A DNA stretch of 64,000 nucleotides from contig CAVSEN010000002.1 of NCBI GenBank assembly GCA_963727055.1, positions 305,859 to 369,858 of the forward strand. Reading direction: 5' to 3'. Each line of letters starts with the position of its first letter. Position 1 is the first letter of the stretch. Position numbers and translations under genes: made by a program. Below, one piece after another: positions 30,686 to 40,408 of this stretch. The DNA is from an uncultured Chloroflexia bacterium. Its GTDB lineage: Bacteria > Chloroflexota > Limnocylindria > Limnocylindrales > CSP1-4. Under the pieces are notes generated by a model. That model was not told the DNA's origin. It made no database searches and saw only the letters and a list, made by a program, of their open reading frames with translations.

Positions 30686-31789
30686 CCCGTCGAGCGCCGC
30701 GGGCAGGTCGCGCCGGCCGAAGCCGACCCGGACGTGGTTGCCGGGCTGCCCGAAGTGGGACCCGGGCAGGAGCAGGACGCCTTCGGACGCGACGAGCTCC
30801 GCCGCGAAGCGATCGGCATCCCAGCCGGCGAACCGGCCGCCAAGGGTCAGCTCGGGATAGGCGACCGAGCCCGCCCGCGGGCGGACCCAGGTCAGCACGT
30901 CGGGACGTTCCGTGACGAACGGGTCGAGGACGGCCAGGTTGTCGGCGATGATCCGGCGCGATCGGGCCAGGACCGTCGCCTTCGCCCGCAGGCCGATCAG
31001 GCTGAGGATCTCGGCCGGGGCCGAGGCGCAGATCGTGGTGTAGTCCTTGAATCGGGCGCACCGATCGAGCAGGTCGGAGTCACGGGTTGCCAGCCAGCCG
31101 ATCCGCAGGCCGGCCATCGCGAACGACTTGGACATCACGCCCAGGCTGATCCCGCGGCTGAGCGCGTCGGCGCCGGCCGGCAGCCGGTCGGCCTCGTCGT
31201 ATTCGAGCAAGCGGTAGACCTCGTCGGAGAAGAGGGCGATGCCCGCCTCGGAGCACAGCTCGACGAGGGCCTGCCACTCGGCGCGGGTCGGCAGCATCCC
31301 GGTCGGGTTGTGCGGGGCGTTGACCACGACCAGCCGGGTCGTGGGCCGGATCGCCGCCCGGATTCGGTCGACGTCGAGGGCCCAGCCGTCGGCCTGCCGC
31401 AGCTCGTGCAGGCTGACCTCGGCGCCGGCGGCGCGGGCGACCTCGTGCAGGCTCTGGTAGCCGGGCCAGGCGACGATCGCGTGATCGCCCGGCCCGAGGG
31501 CGACGTTGAGCAGGCAGAAGATCGCCTCCTCGGCGCCGGCAAAGACGAGGACGTCGTCCGGCGTGATCGTCTCGTACAGGCCGGCGATCTCGGCCCGCAG
31601 GAGGGGGTGCCCGCGCGACTCGGTGTAGCCGAGGCGGAGGTCACGCCACAGGCCGGCGGTCTCCTCGTCGGCCAGGGCCAGCAGCTCGGCCATCGGATAG
31701 CCCTCGAGGTCCGAGGCACACAGCAGGTGCCGGACGGCGAACTCCCAGCGGGCGAAGTAGCGCTCGAGCGCGAAGTCCGCGATCTGCAC
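30662..31789 (-). CDS. Class I/II PLP-dependent aminotransferase
   Basis: NAPHNPTG, SDEVY, MSKSFAMAGLRIGW. Confidence 0.92.
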   Translation of the reverse strand: MQIADFALERYFARWEFAVRHLLCASDLEGYPMAELLALADEETAGLWRDLRLGYTESRGHPLLRAEIAGLYETITPDDVLVFAGAEEAIFCLLNVALGPGDHAIVAWPGYQSLHEVARAAGAEVSLHELRQADGWALDVDRIRAAIRPTTRLVVVNAPHNPTGMLPTRAEWQALVELCSEAGIALFSDEVYRLLEYDEADRLPAGADALSRGISLGVMSKSFAMAGLRIGWLATRDSDLLDRCARFKDYTTICASAPAEILSLIGLRAKATVLARSRRIIADNLAVLDPFVTERPDVLTWVRPRAGSVAYPELTLGGRFAGWDADRFAAELVASEGVLLLPGSHFGQPGNHVRVGFGRRDLPAALDGLRRFAGA

Positions 31790-31804
31790 CGGTCGCGACG
31801 CGTC

Positions 31805-32524
31805 CTAGTTGATCGCGTGGAGGGCGCCGGTCAGGGCCAGGAACGTCGCCTGGTCGAGGCCGTTGCCGATCGCCAGCCAGCTGGGCTTCTCGCCTTTGGC
31901 CACGACCAGGGCGAAGCCCGCCGAGGTCTGGACGAGATCGCCGGTCAGGTCACCGAATGGCCCCGACCCGCTGGCGCTGCCGGCCGGCACGCAGCCCGAG
32001 CCATCGGGGCAGAACGAGCCCTCGTCGAGCTCGAACGTGGCGCTGTCCGACTTGCGCCGGAAGCTGATCGTGATGTGGCCGCCATTGGCCAGCCGGTACG
32101 TCCCGGACACGAGCGACCAGCCGGCCGGCAGGACGGCACAGTAGACCGGGTAGTCGACCGACCCGGCGAACGATTCGTAGAAGTCCGGGGTGTCCTTGGC
32201 GCCGGAGCAGATCGACGCCGCGCTGGACGGGCTGGGTGACGGCTCGTCAGAGCTCGTCGGCGTCGGCTCGCTGGTCGGGCCGGTCGAGCCGGACGGACCC
32301 GGGCCGAGCGACTCCGAAGGCGACGGGCCGCTCGAGCTCGAGGGGTCGGGGCTGCCGCTCGGGCTCGCGCTCGGCGCCTCGCTGGCCGCTCCGCTGCCCG
32401 GCGCGCTGCTTCCCGGCCCGCTCGAGGACGTGCCGAACCCACAGGCGGACAGCACCAGCAATCCGGCCGAGAGCAACAGGGAGAGCCGGACGGTCCCGGC
32501 CGTCCGTGGGCGCATGGGCGTCAC
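31805..32524 (-). CDS. Lipoprotein of unknown function with Ser/Pro linker
   Basis: Lipobox LSAC; Ser/Pro-rich stalk; globular domain with 4 Cys (YPVYCAVLPAGW). Confidence 0.75.
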   Translation of the reverse strand: MTPMRPRTAGTVRLSLLLSAGLLVLSACGFGTSSSGPGSSAPGSGAASEAPSASPSGSPDPSSSSGPSPSESLGPGPSGSTGPTSEPTPTSSDEPSPSPSSAASICSGAKDTPDFYESFAGSVDYPVYCAVLPAGWSLVSGTYRLANGGHITISFRRKSDSATFELDEGSFCPDGSGCVPAGSASGSGPFGDLTGDLVQTSAGFALVVAKGEKPSWLAIGNGLDQATFLALTGALHAIN

Positions 32525-32721
32525 GCGCCAAGCCTAGCCGCAGCCGGTGACAGCGGTCAACGAGCCGGACCGCTCCGGTCTCCTCGATCGCGCCAAACCG
32601 GCGAATACGTGGCCGGTAAGGGCCGCCTGCGATCCTCCGCCGATCGTGATCCCGCCCGGCCGCCTCCCCCGTTCCAGCCCGCCCGCAGCTCCGCCGCGAC
32701 AGTCGCCGGAGGAGGTTCCCC

Positions 32722-33486
32722 GTGGGTTCTCGCGTGCGGTCGATCCGGTCGGCCGCCCTGTCCCTGCTCGTCCTGCTCGCCCTGCTCGGGCCGGCCACGC
32801 GGCCGGTCTTCGCGGCCTACCAGGCCAGCGCCGATTCGAACGTGTCGGCCTTCCGGCGCCCGTGCGTCGGCTTCACCGACGACCACCCGGCCCGCCTCCT
32901 GTCGCTCGCCGTCGCGGGCCTGCGCGCGCTCGGCTACAGCGTCACGGGCTATTCGGGTGCGGCGTTCACCCGATCCTCGGTCCTGGCCCGGACCGTGAAC
33001 GACTACGGCTTCTACGTCCATTCGCACGGCGACGAGTACTGGGACGCCGCGGCCCAGCGCCGCTACAACGGCTTCCGCGAGGACTCCGGCGACTGCAGCC
33101 AGGCCGTCGTCTTTTCGCCCCAGATCGCCGCGGCCCGGGCCGGCCGGTTCACCAATCTCGTCGTCGTCTCGACCTGCCACAACGCCGATCCGGCCACGAC
33201 CCTGCCGGCGGCCTTCGGGATCGGCCGGACGAAGGTCGCGACCGGGGCGAGCCACTTCTACCTGGGCTACGTGGGGATCGCCTACGACAACGACGAGCAG
33301 GCGTTCGAGACGGCCTTCTGGGCGGCGCTCGAGCGTGGCCTGAGCGTCGGCGCGGCGTTCGACCTGGGCCAGGCCCAGAACTTCAGCCACCCGCTCGATG
33401 CCGACTGGTGGGGCACGTACACGTGGTCGGGCCGGGCGGGCGCCGTGCAGGGCTGCACGAACTGCCTCGCGGCGGACCGGCAATGA
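32722..33486 (+). CDS. Secreted protein with caspase/gingipain/CHAT-like His-Cys motifs
   Basis: GGAGG RBS; signal peptide (VFA); FYVHSHG, LVVVSTC, YLGY, FWAALERGLSVGAAF. Confidence 0.6.
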   Translation: MGSRVRSIRSAALSLLVLLALLGPATRPVFAAYQASADSNVSAFRRPCVGFTDDHPARLLSLAVAGLRALGYSVTGYSGAAFTRSSVLARTVNDYGFYVHSHGDEYWDAAAQRRYNGFREDSGDCSQAVVFSPQIAAARAGRFTNLVVVSTCHNADPATTLPAAFGIGRTKVATGASHFYLGYVGIAYDNDEQAFETAFWAALERGLSVGAAFDLGQAQNFSHPLDADWWGTYTWSGRAGAVQGCTNCLAADRQ

Positions 33487-34349
33487 GCGGCGGGGCCCGG
33501 GCGCTGCGGGTCGCCGTGGCCGGCGCCCTGGTGATTGGAGGCGGTTCGGTGCTCGCTGGGTGGACTCGACCGACGCTGCCGGCGGCAGCGGCCCAACCGG
33601 CGGCGGCGAGCGCCGTCCTGGCCGCGGATCTCGACCTGCGCCTGGGCCTGCCCGCCCCGTCCGGCCGCCGCGCGGAACGGCTGGCCGACGCCGCGACCGG
33701 GCTGACCGTCGACGAGGTGACCGACCTGGGCGCCGACGGGATGCCGATCGCGATCTCGCGGTTCGACCTGGCCGGCGGGCTCGTGTCGTCGGTCCGGCTC
33801 GGGTTCGCGCCGGCGACCGGACCCGCGATCTCGGCGTCGAGCGCGGGGGCCGCCGCGGCCGCGGTCCTGGCCCGGCTCGCGCTGCCGGCGAGCGGGACCC
33901 CGGCAACCTCACCGCGGGCGAGCGGCGGCTGGGTCGTGCACTGGACCCGGATCGTGGGCGGCGTGCCCGTCCCGGGGGACGGCGTCAGCGTCCAGCTGGC
34001 GACTGACGGCACGTTCCATGCGATCGTCCGAACGGAGCATCGGCTCGGCGCCATGCCTTCGGTCCCGCTCGGTGCGACGGATGCCCGCCGGCTCGCCAGT
34101 GCCCGCCTGGACGAGTGGCTCAGCCCGGACCTCCGGCCGGACGCGGCGATCGCCAACGTCGGCCTGGCCTGGGTCGCGCCCAACGACACGTTCGGCGACC
34201 CGGTCCCGGCCGACTCGGCCGGCCTCCTCCACCTGGCCTGGATCGTGCGGGTCACGACGAGCGGGGCGCTGGCCGACCGCGTCGCGGGCCTCGAGCTCGC
34301 GTTCGACGCCGGCGACGCTGCGCCGCTCGGCGGAGACGTGCTCGAGTGA
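33483..34349 (+). CDS. Secreted protein with FTP/PepSY (YcdB/YcdC)-like propeptide features
   Basis: WTRIVGGVPVPGDGVSVQL, LAWIVRV, FDAGDAAPLGG; ATGA overlap with the upstream gene. Confidence 0.55.
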   Translation: MSGGARALRVAVAGALVIGGGSVLAGWTRPTLPAAAAQPAAASAVLAADLDLRLGLPAPSGRRAERLADAATGLTVDEVTDLGADGMPIAISRFDLAGGLVSSVRLGFAPATGPAISASSAGAAAAAVLARLALPASGTPATSPRASGGWVVHWTRIVGGVPVPGDGVSVQLATDGTFHAIVRTEHRLGAMPSVPLGATDARRLASARLDEWLSPDLRPDAAIANVGLAWVAPNDTFGDPVPADSAGLLHLAWIVRVTTSGALADRVAGLELAFDAGDAAPLGGDVLE

Positions 34350-35362
34350 TGCGCGGGGTCCTCCTGGTCGGCCTCGGTCTCGGCCTGGTCTGCGCGGCCT
34401 GCGCGCCCCAGGGTCCCGTGCCGAGCACCACGCCCATCATCCCGCCGGCGTCGACCGGGCCGCCGGCAACCGGTGGGTCGCCGCCCCGCTTCCCGGAGCT
34501 GGTCGCCCTGGTCGGGACCGTCGGTGCGATGCACCTCGTCCGGGCCGGGCTCGACGACCGGCTCGACGCCGCCGCTCCGGGTGCGCCGGCGGATGCGGCC
34601 TGGCTGTCGAGCGACGGGTCCGCGCTCGTCATCACGGGCCTCGATGGGCGACTGGACCTGGGCCAGGCGACACCGGCGGGCGAGCCCATCACCTGGGCGC
34701 CGATGCCGGGCGATCCCGGCACGACCCATCCGACGCGCGCGTTCGGGACGATCGAGCCCGCGCCCGCCTCAACCGCCGGTGAGGTCGATCAGCTGGATCG
34801 CCGGGTGGCGGTCGTCGAGGGCGATCCCGGTTCGGGCGAGCCGGGCCGCCTCGTCGTCGTGCGCCTGGCCGGCGGATCGAGCCAGGTCTTGCCCCTGCCG
34901 ACGCCGGCCGAGAGTGCCCCCGCCTGGCTGCCCGACGGACGGGTCGTGGTGATCGTCCGCGACCGGACCGACCGGCCGTCGACCCTGCTCGTGAATCCCT
35001 CGACCGGCGAGACTCGGCCGGGCCCGGCCCACCCGCTGCGAACCGTGGCGATCGCCGGCGGCGTCGTCGCGGAGACCGCCGACGACGGCACGCTGCGAGT
35101 CGAGGCAGTCGCGGCCTGGCTGGCCGGAACGCTCAGGGCGCCCTCGCTCGAGCTGGGCCCGGACGAGGCGATCCTCCAGGCCCAGCCGTCGCCTGCCGGC
35201 GACGAGGTCGCCGTCGTGATCGCCGATCCGGCCGGCGACGCGGCCTCGATCCAGGTGCTCGCCAGGACCGCTGGCTCGTCCGGCGGCTGGCATGCGATCG
35301 CCCGGTTCGATCTCCCGCGTGGAGCGAACCGGGCGGTCGTGAGCTGGCTGGTGGCGCGTTGA
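34349..35362 (+). CDS. Lipoprotein with TolB/LpqB-like beta-propeller features
   Basis: Lipobox CAAC; SSDGSAL, PAWLPDGRV and PSPAGDEVA blade-like motifs. Confidence 0.6.
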   Translation: MRGVLLVGLGLGLVCAACAPQGPVPSTTPIIPPASTGPPATGGSPPRFPELVALVGTVGAMHLVRAGLDDRLDAAAPGAPADAAWLSSDGSALVITGLDGRLDLGQATPAGEPITWAPMPGDPGTTHPTRAFGTIEPAPASTAGEVDQLDRRVAVVEGDPGSGEPGRLVVVRLAGGSSQVLPLPTPAESAPAWLPDGRVVVIVRDRTDRPSTLLVNPSTGETRPGPAHPLRTVAIAGGVVAETADDGTLRVEAVAAWLAGTLRAPSLELGPDEAILQAQPSPAGDEVAVVIADPAGDAASIQVLARTAGSSGGWHAIARFDLPRGANRAVVSWLVAR

Positions 35363-35374
35363 CGCGCCGGGATT

Positions 35375-35650
35375 TCAGGCGGAGACGGCCTGCGGCTCGT
35401 GGGTCACGAGGAAGTCCGGTTCAGCGGGCACCATGACGCCCAGCATCTTGTGGATCGTGAGGAGGTGCACGCAGCTACCCCAACTCTCGAAATAGTGGCA
35501 GGTGCAGCGCCACTGTCCGGCGTTGAGGCTCACGTGATGGGTGTCGTTGTCGCCCCGGAAGGTGAGCGAGAGCTGGTCAATCGAGACGCGGTCGAGCTCG
35601 CGAGCGTAGCGATTTGCCTTCTCGACCTTGCCGATGAGCGAGCTGTGCAT
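35375..35650 (-). CDS. Small SWIM zinc-finger protein
   Basis: CTC-x7-CVH motif; MHSSLIGKVEKANRYA; AGGAG RBS. Confidence 0.8.
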   Translation of the reverse strand: MHSSLIGKVEKANRYARELDRVSIDQLSLTFRGDNDTHHVSLNAGQWRCTCHYFESWGSCVHLLTIHKMLGVMVPAEPDFLVTHEPQAVSA

Positions 35651-35758
35651 GCTCCTGGACCTCCATCGCCCTGACCTGGGGCGCTGTCGAGGCCGCCGTC
35701 CGATCCTGCACGATCGACCGGTGATGGCGGTCGCTGGAGCGACCATACACCCGACGGT

Positions 35759-36169
35759 CTAGGGGGCGCTCGTTCCCTCCCGGCCGTAGTCATCCTCGAT
35801 CCGGATGACGTCGTCGAGCTCCGGAGTCGAGACTTCGACGAGCTCGGTCCGATCGATTGCCTCGAACCGATGGACCCGTCCGGTGGGCACCCGGCGGTGG
35901 TCCCCGGGACCCATCTCGATCTGGGCGATCGTCCCGTCGGGCGCCTCGAGATGCAGCCGCAGCCGCCCGGAGATGACCAGGATCGACTCGTCCTTGCGGA
36001 CGTGCTTCTGGAGCGACAGGCGGCGTCCCGCCTCGATCACGATCAGCTTGCCGACGTAGTGATCGGTATGGGTCCAGATCAGCTCATGGCCCCAGGGCTT
36101 GTCGACTCGCCGGGCGACCTCGACCCCCGCGGCGGCGTCGCCGGCCGCCGCGTCGCGCTCAGGCAGCAC
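35759..36169 (-). CDS. Cupin protein (mannose-6-phosphate isomerase type II C-terminal-like)
   Basis: KPWGHE, RLSLQKH, VHRF, EVSTPELDDVIRIEDDYGR. Confidence 0.85.
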   Translation of the reverse strand: MLPERDAAAGDAAAGVEVARRVDKPWGHELIWTHTDHYVGKLIVIEAGRRLSLQKHVRKDESILVISGRLRLHLEAPDGTIAQIEMGPGDHRRVPTGRVHRFEAIDRTELVEVSTPELDDVIRIEDDYGREGTSAP

Positions 36170-37640
36170 GGACGAGTGCCTCGCCGGCCTTGACCATCGC
36201 GTCACGCGCGTCGGCGGTGACCGCCTCCGTGTAGACCCGGACGAGCGGCTCGGTGCCGCTGAACCGGATCAGCAGCCACGAGCCGTCGGGGGTGAAGAAC
36301 TTGAAGCCGTCGTTCGTCGTCAGGGCGTCGGTCCGCACCACCGGCTCGCCGGCGAGCGATTTCGGCGCGTTCGCCTTGAGCTCGACCAGCAGCCGGTCCT
36401 TGAGCGCGGGATAGGCGCCGGCGTCGACGTGGACGTCGATCCGCCGGTAGAACGACGGGCCGGCGAGCTCGTGGAAGGCGGCCAGGGCCTTCGACACCGG
36501 CCACCGCCCGGCGGCCTTCTCGCGCAGGAAGAGGTCGAGCAGGAGCAGGTCGGCGTAGATCCCGTCCCGCTCGGGCAGGTGCATCCCGAAGCCGTAGCCG
36601 CCCGACTCCTCGGCGCCCATCATCGCCCCGGTCTCGATCATCTTCGGGCCGATGTACTTGAACCCGACCGACGTCTCGAAGACCGGGATGCCGTAGTGCT
36701 TGCCCAGCCGGAGGGCCATCGAGGTGTTGTTGACGCTCTCGACGATCGGGTCGCGCCAGCCGCGATGCTCGGCCAGGTAGTACATCAGCAGCCCGGTCAC
36801 CTCGAGCTGGTGGATGAAGTTGCCCTGCTCGTCGGCCGCCCCGGCCCGGTCGGCATCGCCGTCGAGCAGGAGGCCCAGGTCGTAGCCGCCGCCGGCCAGG
36901 ATCCCGAGCGCCTCGTCGACGTTGGGCCGGATCGGCTCGGGGTTGATCCCGCCGAAATACGGATTGCGCTCGCTGTGGATCTCGCGCAGGCGGACCTTGC
37001 CGCCGGCCAGCAGGCGGGGCAGCCAGTCGGCCCCGGCGCCGTACATCGGGTCGACCAGGATGCTGACGTCGGCCGCCTTGAGGGCGTCGATGTCGACGGT
37101 CCGCCGGACGTAGCGCTCGTAGCCCTCGTAGGGGTCATACCAGTCGACCAGCCCGGCGGCGTCGGCATCGGCAAACGGCCGGCGCTCGATCGCGGTGCCG
37201 CCGTTCGTGGCGATCGTCGCCTCGAGGACGGCCAGGATCTCGGGCCCGGCGGCCGAGCCGGTCGGCGCCTTGACCTTGAACCCGTTGTCGGTCCACGGGT
37301 TGTGGCTGGCGGTGATCACGATGCCGGCGGCGCTCCCCCGCTCGACCACCTCATACGACGACATCTGGGTCGGGACGGCATGGCGGGCGAAGGCGACCGG
37401 GATGTCCTGGGCCAGGAGGACCTCGGCGGCTGCGGCGGCGAAATGCTCCGAGGCAAACCGGCGGTCGTAGGCGATCACGACACCCTTGGCCTGCTCACCG
37501 CGCTTGACGACGTAGCGGGCGACGCCGTCGGCGCAGCGTCGAACGTTCTCGAACGTATAGTCGTCGGCGACGCGCGATCGCCAGCCGTCCGTCCCGAAGA
37601 CGATCTTCGATGGCTGGGGCACCTGGCTGATCGTGGTCAC
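36159..37640 (-). CDS. Phosphoglucomutase/phosphomannomutase
   Basis: FGTDGWR, ITASHNP, DGDADR, GAEESGG, RFSGTEP. Confidence 0.95.
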   Translation of the reverse strand: MTTISQVPQPSKIVFGTDGWRSRVADDYTFENVRRCADGVARYVVKRGEQAKGVVIAYDRRFASEHFAAAAAEVLLAQDIPVAFARHAVPTQMSSYEVVERGSAAGIVITASHNPWTDNGFKVKAPTGSAAGPEILAVLEATIATNGGTAIERRPFADADAAGLVDWYDPYEGYERYVRRTVDIDALKAADVSILVDPMYGAGADWLPRLLAGGKVRLREIHSERNPYFGGINPEPIRPNVDEALGILAGGGYDLGLLLDGDADRAGAADEQGNFIHQLEVTGLLMYYLAEHRGWRDPIVESVNNTSMALRLGKHYGIPVFETSVGFKYIGPKMIETGAMMGAEESGGYGFGMHLPERDGIYADLLLLDLFLREKAAGRWPVSKALAAFHELAGPSFYRRIDVHVDAGAYPALKDRLLVELKANAPKSLAGEPVVRTDALTTNDGFKFFTPDGSWLLIRFSGTEPLVRVYTEAVTADARDAMVKAGEALVRAA

Positions 37641-38707
37641 GGATGGGCCTCCGGGCTTGAGCATCGGGCAAGGAGCGAATCGATCCGGGCCTGGAGCGGG
37701 CGAGCGCCGCGGAGCACGGCGACGGGACCGTCGAGGGGCACCATCGTAGCGTTCCCGCCGCCGGTCGAGGCCAGCTCGCCAGCGGACGCCCGCCAGACGA
37801 CGAGATCGTCGCTCGTCGCGTCGAACGGCTGGCCGGCGGGCGCGATCGTCGCCTCGACCCCGGGCATGCCCAGCTCGCCGAGAAGCGAGGTCCAACTGCC
37901 CAGGTCGTTCCAGCCGACATCCATCGCGCCCATGACGACGAGGCCCTGGGCGGCCGCCGGCTCCATCACCGCGTAGTCGATCGAGATCGACCGGATCGAT
38001 GGGTAGACCTCGGCAAGCCCGCCGGCGCCGAACCCGAGCATCACCGCGTCGAGCACGTCTGGCGCGAACGCCTGGAGCGCGGCCCGGATCGATCGACGCC
38101 GCCACATGAACATGCCGGCGTTCCAGGCCACGCCCGGCTGGCGAAGGAGCACCTCGGCCAGCTCGCGCGACGGCTTCTCCTGGAACGCCTTCAGCCGATA
38201 GGCATCGAGCCGGCGGGTCTGGCGCTGCTCGAGGTCGGGGATCAGGTAGCCGTACTCGGTCGCCGGCCGGCTGGTCTGGACGCCGAGGGTCACGAGCGGC
38301 GCCTCCAGGCCGAACGCACCAAGGGCGAGCTCACGCTCGGCATCGGCAAGGATGGCCGCGAACAGGCTGGCCCGTTCCACGGTCTGGTCGGCGGGCAGGA
38401 CGAGCATCACCTCGTCGTCGGGCCGCTCGATCGCGACCGTTGCCAGGGCGATCGCGGCGGCCGTGTTGCGCCCCTGGGGTTCGGACAGGATCGTCGCGTC
38501 CGGGAGCTGATCGGCGACGAGCCCGGCGTAGCGCTGGTCGGTCACGACGAAGACAGAGGCCGGATCGACGAGGCCGCTCAGCCGATCGGCGCTCAGCTGG
38601 AGCAGCGTCCGCTCACCGAGCAGCGGCAGGAACGGCTTTGGGCAGGCGGGCGACGACAGCGGCCACAGCCGGGTGCCGCCACCGCCGGCCATGATGACGG
38701 CGTACAC
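37637..38707 (-). CDS. manC: Mannose-1-phosphate guanylyltransferase
   Basis: MAGGGGTRLWPLS, PKPF, EPQGRNTA, FQEKP, WNAGMF, SIDYAVME, GWNDLGSW. Confidence 0.92.
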   Translation of the reverse strand: MYAVIMAGGGGTRLWPLSSPACPKPFLPLLGERTLLQLSADRLSGLVDPASVFVVTDQRYAGLVADQLPDATILSEPQGRNTAAAIALATVAIERPDDEVMLVLPADQTVERASLFAAILADAERELALGAFGLEAPLVTLGVQTSRPATEYGYLIPDLEQRQTRRLDAYRLKAFQEKPSRELAEVLLRQPGVAWNAGMFMWRRRSIRAALQAFAPDVLDAVMLGFGAGGLAEVYPSIRSISIDYAVMEPAAAQGLVVMGAMDVGWNDLGSWTSLLGELGMPGVEATIAPAGQPFDATSDDLVVWRASAGELASTGGGNATMVPLDGPVAVLRGARPLQARIDSLLARCSSPEAHP

Positions 38708-38985
38708 CGCGGGATTCTACCCGGGCGGAATGGCCGGCGGCACCTGCCCGGGCCGGGGATCGTTGCGTTCGCGCGACAACGATGGTCGGGTTCCCCGCCC
38801 GCCATTCGTGCCAAATCGCGAGTTTCGTCGCGCGTATGGTCGTCGGAACCGCCGCCCCGGGGCGCGAGCCACGTGACGACCCGCGGCTTGAGCACGAATC
38901 GAGGTCGAGCAACAACGGCGCAACGCGCTTCCAGGTCGATCCGGGGCGGCGAGCCGCCATACGCGCGGGTGGAGTCGCAATTTGT

Positions 38986-39036
38986 CAGGAACGTCGGCCT
39001 GGCAGGAACGTCGGCCTGGCAGGAACGCCGGCCCGG
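38986..39036. repeat. 17-bp tandem repeat CAGGAACGTCGGCCTGG x3
   Basis: Read directly, downstream of the metK stop. Confidence 0.85.
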
Positions 39037-39099
39037 CGGAACGGCGAAGCGGGCGGAACGGCGAGCGGGCACTGCGCCGGGCCGCGGAGCCCGGAACCC

Positions 39100-40326
<1,227 letters not shown>

Positions 40327-40408
40327 TGGGCTCCTGCGGTGCTCGGGCAGGGTAGCACGAGGGCCGCCCGTGGCCGGCCCGACCGGTGCGACCCGGAACC
40401 GGAACCCG

